A stretch of 64,000 bases of DNA from Takakia lepidozioides. Lineage: Eukaryota; Plantae; Bryophyta. Position 1 is the first letter of the stretch. Each line of letters begins with the position of its first letter. The stretch is from contig CM060731.1 of NCBI GenBank assembly GCA_030704615.1, positions 62,062,001-62,126,000 of the forward strand, in the 5' to 3' direction. The notes under the pieces are model-generated. The model did no database searches. It was not told where the DNA came from and saw only the letters and a program-made list of their open reading frames with translations. Of the stretch, positions 1 through 10,200 are shown in pieces. Made by a program: the position numbers and the translations under genes.

Positions 1-434
1 TCTGCACGGAATACTCCTGCCCTTCCTCATCAAAGCACCCTACGCTCAGAGCACACCTCCGCCGTTTTTTCGGCCCCTGCACAACATGACACTGTCACCC
101 CATCCCCACTCTGCTATGAACTACATAATGACCTTCTACACACCGCCGTAAAACCTCCGCCGTCATGGCCCCAGTCCGCAACCAACACATGTCTGATTCG
201 GTGTCACTCTAAAGGCACAATCAAGAGTGGTTATCACATTGGCGCCTTCACAACTAGTCCACAAACGATTTCTCTCCTTATAGATATTCTACCGCTTCAC
301 TCACAACCCCTTAGCCTTTGCCCTCTCTCTATCTCTACCCCACACTCTCACCTTCACTCTTCAGGCAGTGACAAACTCTGTAGGCTCAACATAGCCCCTA
401 TCTCCCTCCTCACTCACTCTCTTCAATTCCACGC

Positions 435-1779
435 ATGTCTAGCAATAAATCTAGTAGTCTCCAAAAACGCTCGAGGAGTATTCAAAAACAACCAAGGCAC
501 AAAGGGAAGGCTACGTTCAGCTCCAAATCTCCGGTGAACTTCCTTGCTCAGCGACTCTCGACAAAAATGGAGCACCACAATGACGCAGATGCAGAAATGT
601 CCCACCACTTTGACATGCACTTATCCGACGAACAATTCTTCGCCACTCCACAAGCATACCAAACTCACTCAACACAAAACAAGACAAAGTCTCGCAGTGC
701 TCACGTTCACGACAAACCTGCCCCCAACCCCAGCACCATCAACACATAATCAACGGGTGACCTAGCTCCATGACACTCAGGTGCCTCCTGCACAGCCAGT
801 GACTCTCAGCCCGCACAAAAAACGCTCCTCCAGTGCATTCAGCAGCGAGGCTGAAAGCACCCACTCCGATCCCAAAAAATCACGGGGATTTCTTTCGCTA
901 GATCCAGCTCCATGCTTAGAAATTTCAAGCTCGCCAAGAGGGCCACACTTATGGATAGGTTATCACACACTTGAACAACACGCACATGATGCTGAACTTC
1001 CATTTGTCATGGAGAAACGCACGACAAGAGAACTCGAGCTGCTTGGGCTCTGCCCATCTGAGATCTACGAACTGCAACATGGCCTCAAGGCCTACCCGCA
1101 CGTACCCCAACTATTTTTTCCTACAGCTCGACCGGATGGTCGCGATGGCCAACTCTACCAACTTACTCAACTGCCAAAAGGGACCATCGTCGACCCTGTC
1201 TCTGGAATCTCCGTGACGCCCTACCACATACTGATCAGGTTTGACAAAGAGACCGACATGCCCAAAGAACAGGCTGTCTATAGGGCTAATAAGCGTTTTG
1301 CAGCGAAGAACATTCCACTAGGTACTACGCTGTATTCGCCCATTATGGCCCACTCCAAACATGCCAGCAAGCACTAGACTGGCATCTTCAAGGTCGAGTT
1401 GCTACATCCAGCCAGGGACGGCATCGCTCTCTTGAAAGGCGACCGAACCTTCGTCATAGAGATGTCCTCTGGCATACCAATGTAGGGTAAGGTGGAAAAA
1501 GCATTCGATTTACAATCGACAATGGAACATCTCTCTTTATACATGACAAGTGAAAGCCTACACGGAACTATCAGCCACAAGCTTACAATGCATCTCATCA
1601 TGGAAGCTCACGTTCATGGTGATGAGTCGAGATCCTCTGCACTTACAAGACTCGGCCAGAGTCCAAGTTCTGCTTCATATACGTCACTTCCAAGGACACC
1701 AAACAAAGGATGTTGGCATAGGGCATCTGATTCGGGCGCACGCTGATCAGACCAGAGCTGCGAATTCGGTGAACTAGCA
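435..1779 (+). pseudogene. Degenerate coding region of unknown type, possibly LINE ORF1-like; interrupted by the P-like element and resuming at 24381-24485
   Basis: Successive reading frames 435-749, 781-1377 and 1492-1746; the 781 frame continues past isolated stops (…HASKH*TGIFKVELL…IPM*GKVEKAF). Protein-like sequence resumes after the right TSD (MTGLTATPQEIVGERNVLTLIVKNLNQ). No diagnostic motif recognised. Confidence 0.35.
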
Positions 1780-1930
1780 CCTGGGGGGTGCACTCCAGCC
1801 AATATGTACCAGCCACGTGCGTGCATAGGAGGGGGTATTTTAAACCCCTCCATGTACAACATTATACATATAGAGGGGGGTTTATATCACCTTAAATATA
1901 ATCTTACAGGAGGGGGTTATTGAATTTTAG

Positions 1931-2020
1931 GAGTAGTCTAGTGGTAAGGGCGTAGAATGTGTCGTGACGCACCGCGGGATCAAATCGCGATGCACTGTTG
2001 TTTTTGCTTTTCTTTTTTTT
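1931..2020 (+). other. tRNA-derived (SINE-like/Pol III) remnant
   Basis: A-box-like TAGTCTAGTGG (1934-1944), B-box-like GGATCAAATCG (1977-1987) inside a 5-bp hairpin CGCGG/TCGCG, followed by T-runs. No acceptor stem. Confidence 0.4.
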
Positions 2021-3579
2021 CTTTTCTCCCAGCGATCTGTCTCCCGCGGGCTCTCTTTTCCCTCCTCCCCCGCACCCCTTCCGTGTCAGCTTGGTCTTAG
2101 CAGGCCATGTTTCAATCTCTGCTCAATCTCGCCGTGCATGCCAGGGGGCAGTGCAGACAGGCCAGGGCAGTGTTCTTGAGAAGACCACCTTCATAGGACA
2201 AGGTAGCCTAACAAAATGAAGACGGGACACTCCCATGGATATTATGGAGTATATATCTTTATTTCCTTGGTTCGTGCTTTGGTTTCTGATGCACTACAAC
2301 TCTTATGGCATGCCATCCATGCACTGAAGCTCATTGCCTTCTTTCTTCTTTCTTCTTTGTGACCCCCTCTCTTTCTTGTTTCTTTTCTCCTCTTATCCCA
2401 TAAGATCTTTGAGCTTCCTGCAGCCATTGTGAAGTACGATTTCATTTCATTGCTTTTCTTTCGTTCTGTTCCTCTGCGCCTCTCCACCTATCCTAAGCAG
2501 CTGATCGACTTTCAGAATTTTCATCCCGCATGTGGAAACCGATATGCAGATGGTCAACTGGAAACAATAGCGGCAGCAGCGCATTGATAGAACAAGGCAC
2601 TGCTAATGAAGGTACCTTCTTCAACGCATTTCAGCCTGTTTTCAACTCAATCTCATAGAAGTTCGTCCCTTGCCTGGCTGGAGGGCGGTTTTAGACATTG
2701 GTGATTCAATGGGGCGCTCTAGGAAGACAACCAAGGGCAGGGACTTCAACTTGAGAGTTTCTAATCAGTTTGATGCTCTGGACGAGGTTGAATCCAAGCA
2801 GCGTGACGGACAATCTGCCCATAAATGTACGGAATCTGAACGTCGTGTATCTGAAGATTTTGGTACTCTGAACGGTTTACCAATCCTCAAAGTTTTGAAC
2901 GGATGTGGTTGAAGCCCCTCTTTTGCCCGCATGTGCTCGAACATGCGCGGAGACACAACAGACGAATAAATCATTTGCCTCCCCATCGACGCGCTCCTCC
3001 CTCGAGCCATTCCACAATTTAATTGAATTTAAATTTATTTTAAGCCAGTAAATAGGTTTGCACTGCCTTTCATTCTGAGGATGTATTCATGATTTGTCCA
3101 CAGGCAGGGATAGCTGAGGACCAGGGATAGAGGTCCAGATTCATCCAAGAGGGCCGGATTTCAAACACAAGTTTCTTTCTGCTTCCCTGTGGATCAATAG
3201 CTACTAGCAATCGCTCGAGGAGATGGTCAACTGGAAACATCAGCGGCAACAGTGCAATTGATAGAACAAGGCGATGCTAATGAAGGTACATTCTTCAACA
3301 CATTTCAGCCTGTTTTTCCCTGTTATCATAGTTTTTCCCTGTTTTTGCCTGAAGGAGCAGGGATAGAGTGTGGGTCCAGATTCATCCACGAGGGTTGGAC
3401 TTCAAGCTCCAGATTACCTTGATTCCATGTGGGTCAGTAGCTACAAGAAACCTACATGGGTAGGTGGTAGACTAAAGGCAGCTATTGCAGCGGCACAGAT
3501 GATAAAATCAGGCACCTCAACCATGACCACAGCTTCTGAAAGAGGATCAAGAGAGGGAGTCCACAATGCCTCTTCTGAC

Positions 3580-3710
3580 ATTTCTGGGCATGTGAAGATA
3601 CTTTGTGCGGCAGACAGCCTGACAGAGGCTCTACAGATTCTAAACCAATGAGGCATTTTAGCAGATTCAGATATGTATGTCTGTCTCTTGCTTAAGTGCA
3701 TCACTGTCAC
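3580..3710 (+). pseudogene. Captured PPR-protein-like fragment
   Basis: HVKILCAADSLTEALQILNQ*GILADSDMYVCLLLKC resembles the first helix pair of plant PLS-class PPR proteins (LxEAxxxL…GxxxDxxxYxxLLxxC); one in-frame TGA. Confidence 0.4.
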
Positions 3711-4260
3711 CAACCAGGGCAAAGGTGGGGCCACTCCTTGGATTAAAACGTATAAATATGTTGGCTTCCTTTAGCATGCAAAGGAGAGAAGGAAAAGACA
3801 TAAACAGTTCGGTTTTCCTTCAGACCTATGTTTGATCCAATCTCAGATGTGGGGAGGTTGATATTTTTGAGTGTGCAGTTTACCTTCCACTCTCAAACTT
3901 CTACAACTCAAAATTTGGCATTGGTAGTAATTCATCCCAATAGTGTCGAGTTCAATCTATTCGCAGCAGACTCAGCTGTAACTTTGGGAAATTTCATCAG
4001 CTAGGTTTGACAACCTACGGTGTTGAAGGGATTTGTAGAGGAACTCAGTGTATGGAGGGCTCACTCTGTTTTGGGTGATGGCGGCACGTTTTGCAGTTGG
4101 TTGGGCTTCATTGCTTGCTCACCGAAGACCATGGCGTGTCTCTCATATTGCAGCGGTACTGTTCATTCTCCTCGTCAGCTTGTGCAATCCTTACCTTTGG
4201 AGATGTACTTCAATGAAGGAAGGGCAGAGGGAGGATGGTTTCCAGTGGGAAGCTAGTTAG

Positions 4261-5315
4261 ATTGTACTCATAAGATGTTGTTTGCCGTAGCCTTGTGGAC
4301 TTTGACCCCGCGCCCAGTTTGAGCGGGAACAAAAGGGACAGAACCTACCTCTGTCAGGGGCTGACGTTGGTAGTAAGACTTACCTTCATATATAGAATTA
4401 ATCCGGGTTTTCCAGATATCCTCTAGAAATCCCTTCACACAAGCATCAATCTATTGTGTGTGATTTGCCCAAAAACTAGGCCTCAGGAGGGCCTGGGCTT
4501 TTGGCTCAGCCTCGAGACTTTCAAAGTTGGTAAACAGGGGTACAGGCACAATTCCCTTAATAGATTTGAAGAGAGCGTCTCTTTGGTGAGAGAACCCCGG
4601 ACAGTATATCAGAAAATGAATATTGTCTTCAGATTGCCCACACAACGGGCAATTGCACTCTCCCTTTCCTCTCTGCTTTTGTTTGCTGTTCAAAGGTAGG
4701 CTTCCTGCCCTGAGTTTAAATTTCAGTCTAGTGCCGAGAGTGGGTAGACCCTTGAGGTCATCCAAGATGTCCTCCCCCATGTCACAGACTGGAAACAAGT
4801 TCAGGGAAGTTTTCTGCCTAACTTCATTTTCATCAGACAATCTCATGGCAACAAACATGGCTGAGGACACTACAGCCTCTAAGTCAGATTTATCCAGCAG
4901 GGTCAAGACTTGCGGATCCAGGTCCAGGACCTTGAGAATCTCTTCTACTCTCTTCTGCCAGGACTTAGCCTGTTTGACAGGGCGGTCCTGTTTCCAAGAT
5001 ATAGAGTCGATTAACTTAGGATATCTGGTGTTGGGCATATGTTGCAGCTGACCCCACCATCAGACCTTGAATTCATCTCGTCGGGAGCTTAAGGACGGAA
5101 TGCCAAACTCACCCCGAACAGCCACATTGGCTGTTTTGGAGCATGCTGACATACACTCCTTAAGCCCACTTGAATGGATTCTAGAGACTTAGCCTGGTTG
5201 GAGTTATCAACCCATATAGCAGATCCGTACTCCAAGGCAGGTCTAATAACGCGGCAAAGCATGGTTTTCTTAACCTTAGAGTTGACCCCTCTGCAGTGGA
5301 AAAATTTAGTGAGCC

Positions 5316-5317
<2 letters not shown>
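4261..5317 (-). mobile_element. Non-LTR retrotransposon 3' fragment (RT C-terminus and zinc finger; RTE-X-like)
   Basis: Minus strand gives IRPALEYGSAIW, NVAVRGEFGIPSL, RLKFKLRAGSLPL and CPLCGQSEDNIHFLIYC, typical of the LINE ORF2 C-terminus. ORF 4451-5038. Confidence 0.8.
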
Positions 5318-5351
<34 letters not shown>

Positions 5352-5662
5352 CTCATAAGACGTTGTTTGCCGTAGCCTTGTGGCCATTGACCCCGCGCCC
5401 AGTTTGAGCGGGAACAAAAGGGACAGAACCTACCTCTGTCAGGGGCTGACGTTGGTAGTAAGACTTACCTCCATATAAAGAATCAATCCGGGTTTTCCAG
5501 ATATCCTCTAGAAATCCCTTCACACAAGCATCAATCTGCTGTGTGTGATTTGCCCAAAAACTAGGCCTCAGGAGGGCCTGGGCTTTTGGCTCAGCCTCGA
5601 GACTTTCAAAGTTGGTAAACAGGGTACATGCACAATTCCCTTGATAGATTTGAAGAGAGCGT
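5318..5662 (-). mobile_element. Second copy of the same LINE 3' end with (TC)n tail; split by the Gypsy element and continuing at 18787-18920
   Basis: 5345-5662 is nearly identical to 4261-4578. (GA)n run at about 5318-5345 at the 3' end. 18792-18917 matches 4579 onward. Confidence 0.85.
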
Positions 5663-6595
5663 TGTTAGAGGACTGTCTGGGACTTAGACACTTATACGGG
5701 ATCTGTGGGGTACCCTTAATTTTTGCACAGACTAAGACCAACAGGAGCCTTAGGGGTGACAGCAGCACACTTTAGAGGGGGGTTACACAGCCCGTCACAG
5801 CCAACACAGCCCGTCACAGCCGTCACAGCCGACACAGCCCATCACAGCCAACACAGCCCGTCACAGCCGACACAGCCACACAGCCAATCACAGCCCGACA
5901 CAGCCAAACACAGTCGCACAGCCAGTCACAGCCCGTCACAGTTTCACACAGCCAGTCACAGCTTGACACAGCTGTCACGACCATAGGGAACGGATAGCAG
6001 GACAGGGAACGACTGTGGGGAACAACACCTGTTCACGGACGACGGTTAGTGAGGGAAACGGTTAGAACAACGGGTAGGAAGATAAAGCGGGAAACAAGGA
6101 CTGGGAGGGGGATCATTCTTGGGTGCTTCTTGGGGGAAGGGAATTTCGGACATCACGGAGGGGAAATGAGGCAGAGAGCGTATCTCTGGGCAGAAAGAGA
6201 GAGAGCACGGAGTAGGAGGAGGATGATCTGAGATGCTTAATGGAAGCAAGCTATAGAATTGTAATGTAGAGTAGATTAGAGACACCATGACTTTAGCCTG
6301 ATACTTGATAGATATTAATCTGATACACACTTCATACTCACACTGTGTAGAGAGATCTGAGTGAAGTTGTGGAATGAATGGATGAGTTGATGGAATCCGA
6401 TAGATTGATGAAGCAAACTGATAGCTAACATGAATGCGGGAAGGAAAACAAATAGGAAACACCCCCATGATACACTAGCTGTAGGTCATGACTGATTGTT
6501 CTGAGCGGGCTGAGTACTTAGAGATTTCCAACTCTTCTATCTTGGAGTTTCCGCCTCGGATAGCGAAGGGATGGGTGAGTAAAAGCCGCGCGACA
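5663..6595 (+). repeat. 5' LTR of Gypsy copy 1
   Basis: Starts TGTTAGAGG, ends CGCGACA; direct repeat of 17828-18786 with small indels; contains a CACAGCC-type short-repeat tract at 5785-5980. Confidence 0.95.
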
Positions 6596-7183
6596 TTTGG
6601 CGACCATACTGGGGAACTGGGTCATGGACAACCAGATGTGACAGACATCTGGTGGGATCATGGTGGTTGGAGAATTAAAGAATTTGATGTGAATCAAATT
6701 CCCTGTAAAACTGAGAAGGAAAGATTGTCCAAACAATTCTTTCAGAGGTTTTTGGAATTACCAGACGGTTGTAAAGAAAACATTCTTAAGAGAGTGCATG
6801 ATGCTGACCCTGAGTGGGGTCTGGAGAAAGGAGTGATAAAGATTTATCAGGTGGCCTGTAGAGGAAGAGCACGTTGGTTACCAACATTGGTATATGTGAT
6901 AGCATTGCTATCCATTAAGCGAGTAGAGTTTGAAGGCTGGGAGGAAAGAAAAGTGAATGGTTATACTCATATGCATGAAGAGCTTGTACTGGTAAAGAAT
7001 TGGATTCCAAAGGATATTTTGTGGATCAAACTCACACCAAGAACAGCTTTCCAGACTTGTTTGCCATATGGTTATATGGTAACGGAGACTTCAAGTATAG
7101 CCAAGGGTGCATTGAAGCTTGAAAGAAACCCAGGCATATACGAGAGATATTACAGAAGAGAGTTTTGGTTATTGCCACATTAA
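6488..7183 (+). CDS. Extra ORF upstream of gag (ORF0), 231 aa, unknown function
   Basis: Open frame starting inside the 5' LTR and crossing the PBS; a homologue with frameshifts is present in copy 2 (25688-26378). Confidence 0.7.
   Translation: MTDCSERAEYLEISNSSILEFPPRIAKGWVSKSRATFGDHTGELGHGQPDVTDIWWDHGGWRIKEFDVNQIPCKTEKERLSKQFFQRFLELPDGCKENILKRVHDADPEWGLEKGVIKIYQVACRGRARWLPTLVYVIALLSIKRVEFEGWEERKVNGYTHMHEELVLVKNWIPKDILWIKLTPRTAFQTCLPYGYMVTETSSIAKGALKLERNPGIYERYYRREFWLLPH
6598..6615 (+). promoter_or_regulatory. Primer-binding site, probably tRNA-Arg type
   Basis: TGGCGACCATACTGGGGA lies 2 bp after the LTR and resembles the Ogre-type Arg PBS TGGCGACTCCACTGGGGA. Confidence 0.75.
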
Positions 7184-7205
7184 AAAGAAATGAAAGACAT
7201 GGGAC

Positions 7206-10200
7206 ATGAGTGATGAAAGAGAAGCTAGACGCCAGAGATATTCAGCAAAAAGAGAAAGCTATCTGAAAGCTAATTATCCATATCTTTGGGAGAGAGGAAT
7301 AGACATAGGGGAATCATCTGGACCTCTCACACCATTAAGATCAAAGAGTACATCACCCATACCGGAAGAACTAGAGTTGGATGCCACTCCTTCTGTTTCT
7401 TTGCAAGAAAAATTAAGGGAATTGGTACGGGAAGAAGATCAATCACGAGGTGAAAGATCTGAGGTACATCCCTGGATAGAAGATTTGACAGAAATCTTTG
7501 ATAAGAGTTGGCATGGAACACCAAAAGCAGGAACTCCAGTTTCTGAAGCGGAAGGTGAAGAAGGAGGAGAGGATGTGGCAGAGCCAACGGAGAGTACTCT
7601 CCAACACCATTGCAGTTGAGTTACATGAGTGAAGAAAAAACCCAAGGGCAGAACTTGGAGGATGAAAACAGAGAGAAGAAATTGGAAGAGGAAGAATATG
7701 AAGAAGTAGACCCAACAGCTGAGGTTGAGACTACAACCAGGACATCCCAACCCGTTGGACCTGGATCAAGTGGAGCACTTGGATCATAGGCCAACGAAGG
7801 TGTCGGCTCAGGGGGATCAGGCGGGCGACCTGGATCTGGCTCTGGGGGGACAGGGAGTGTGGGAAGTAGTGCAACTGAAGCTGGGAATACTGTGAATATC
7901 GTGGGGCCAGTAGCAGGGAGTGCTCAAGGGCCACCACTTGGTGGAGGATCCACCACAAAAACAACAGGTCCAGAAGGACCAGCACCAGCAAGGGTGCCAG
8001 CACCTGTCAGTGGGCAGAAGGTAGGGCCACAGATGGCGTTACAACCAACACGGGCAAAACCACCCTTTCCAATATATTCAGGAAAAGGGGATCCCGATGT
8101 ACACATTAGCCAATTTGAGCACATGTGTATAGTGAACAATGAGAATGGCGATGATGCCAAGATGAGATTGTTTCCTTGTTCACTTATCAAGAAAGCAACT
8201 GAATGGTATGCAAGGTTCCCTGATAATCATTTCCTAACCTGGAATGGCTTGAATACAGCATTCCGAAATAGGTTCAGGACAAGTAAAACTGAGGATGAAG
8301 TGTATGGAAGTTTACAACAGTTAAAGCAAAAGAAGCATGAACCTGTTGAGGAGTATATGGAAAAGATGGAATTGATGATGAAAAAGCTGGCTGCAGTACC
8401 AGCACCCGGTTTACAGAAGACTTGGTTTGTGAGTGGACTAAGACCAGAGTTGCAGAAGAAAGTGGATATGTTACCCCATAATACAGTGGAGGAGGCATTT
8501 GAAACTGCAAACAGAATTGAGCAATTGGGAATGCTCAGGAGAGAGAAAAGGGATGATGAGGACTCTGAGGATGAGTCAGATGAAGAAGAAGAGCAAGAAC
8601 TGAAAAGGAAGAGTAAGAGAAAGGAGAAGTTGAAGAGGGATAACTATGAAAAAAAATTGGAAGAAATCTTGAAGAAGTATGCCACAGAGGCTGCAACACA
8701 TTGGAGGAAGGGTGTATGGTGTGCAAAGTGCCAGAATGAAGGCCATACCACCACAGAATGCCACATGAAGGAGAAACACTGTACTATCTGTAAAATGGAT
8801 AACCATTCTACTGAGAATTGTTACTACAACAGAAGGACAGCTGCAAGAGAACCTAGGCAAGTAAGGGTGCATCAGGTGCAGCCCCAGCCAAGAAGAAACA
8901 GTGATCAGGACCACTATGGTAGGTCTGGTGGTTATAACAATGGCATGGAAGGGAGAGGTAATTCAAGAGGGAATTACCAAGGAAATTCCAGAAGCAACTA
9001 TCAGGGTAATCCAAGGGGGAATTACCAGCCCGGGAATCAGGATTACAGAAATAATCCAAGAGCAAACCAAGGGCGAGGACCCAACGGTGAAGAACTATGT
9101 TACTATTGTAATCAGCCATGACATCGCAAGGTAGCCTGTTCATTCTGGATTAGACACCAGAATGAGATTAGAGCTCCTGTGAATGAGGGCCCAGTGGTGG
9201 CAGCTCACATGGTTAGGCCATGTGTTGTACCAGAAGTAAGTACAATAATAGTAACCAGAAGCAAAACCAAATTAATACCTCCAGTAGTTGAGGAAGATGA
9301 TGATAATGAAGGTGGCAGTGATATGCCTGAAGATGAAGAGACTTGGGGAGATGAGAAGGAACTGCACAAGGAAGTGGCAGATACCATAAGGGAAATGCAG
9401 AAGAGTACTGATATTCCTGTGGCAGATTCCTCTGATTCTGATGGAGAAGAAGAAGTGAGTGAGGATGAAAGGAAGAAAGAAGATGCAGGCATGCAAAGTT
9501 ATGAAGAGACTTTGGCTGAAGTAATATGCCAGACCAAAGCAGAGATTACCATTGGACAGCTATTGGCTGTGGCACCTTATTGTAGACACAGGCTGTATCA
9601 AGCAATCAATCGAATTGCCCAGGAGACAGGAAACACAGACCTGAACAGCAAGGTGACCAGTTATAATGTGAAACCGGAAGGGCGAGAAACAGTCATGGAC
9701 TTTGATGATTCTATGCCAGTAATTCAATTGAGAATTGGAAGCACAGAACTAACTGATGTACTGATAGATGGAGGTTCTGGAGTAAATATCATGACAGACC
9801 AATTAAGAAAGAAGCTTGGTCTAAGTAACATGAAACCAGCCCCATTTACAGTAACAATGGCAGATCAAAGAAGTGTACAGCCATTGGGATTAATAAGAGG
9901 AGTTAAGATACAGATACAGAAAATGATCTTTATGATCACAGTAACTGTGTTGAAGATGGATGAAGTCATGGAGGCTTACTCCTTATTATTGGGACGTCCG
10001 TGGCTGAAACAGGCCAGGGTATTCCATGACTGGAATTCTCAGTTACTAACCGTGCATAATGGGATACACGAGATACAAATTACCACAAAGAAATCTAGTA
10101 GATTACCTGCTACAAGAAGACCTCGAGGAGTCAGAGAGTATGACTGGAGAGGAGGACTGGATGAGGAGCAGGAAGCTACCCTATTTGCTGCACACCTAGA

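Noticed and set aside
1931-2000. Functional tRNA gene
   Set aside because: No acceptor-stem pairing and a non-canonical T-loop.
2242-3010. Short ORFs in the left interior of the P-like element
   Set aside because: Low complexity with no supportable homology.
9119-9121. Programmed stop read-through between gag and pol
   Set aside because: The TGA lies inside a zinc knuckle and copy 3 has GGA at this position, so it is a point mutation in a single gag-pol frame.
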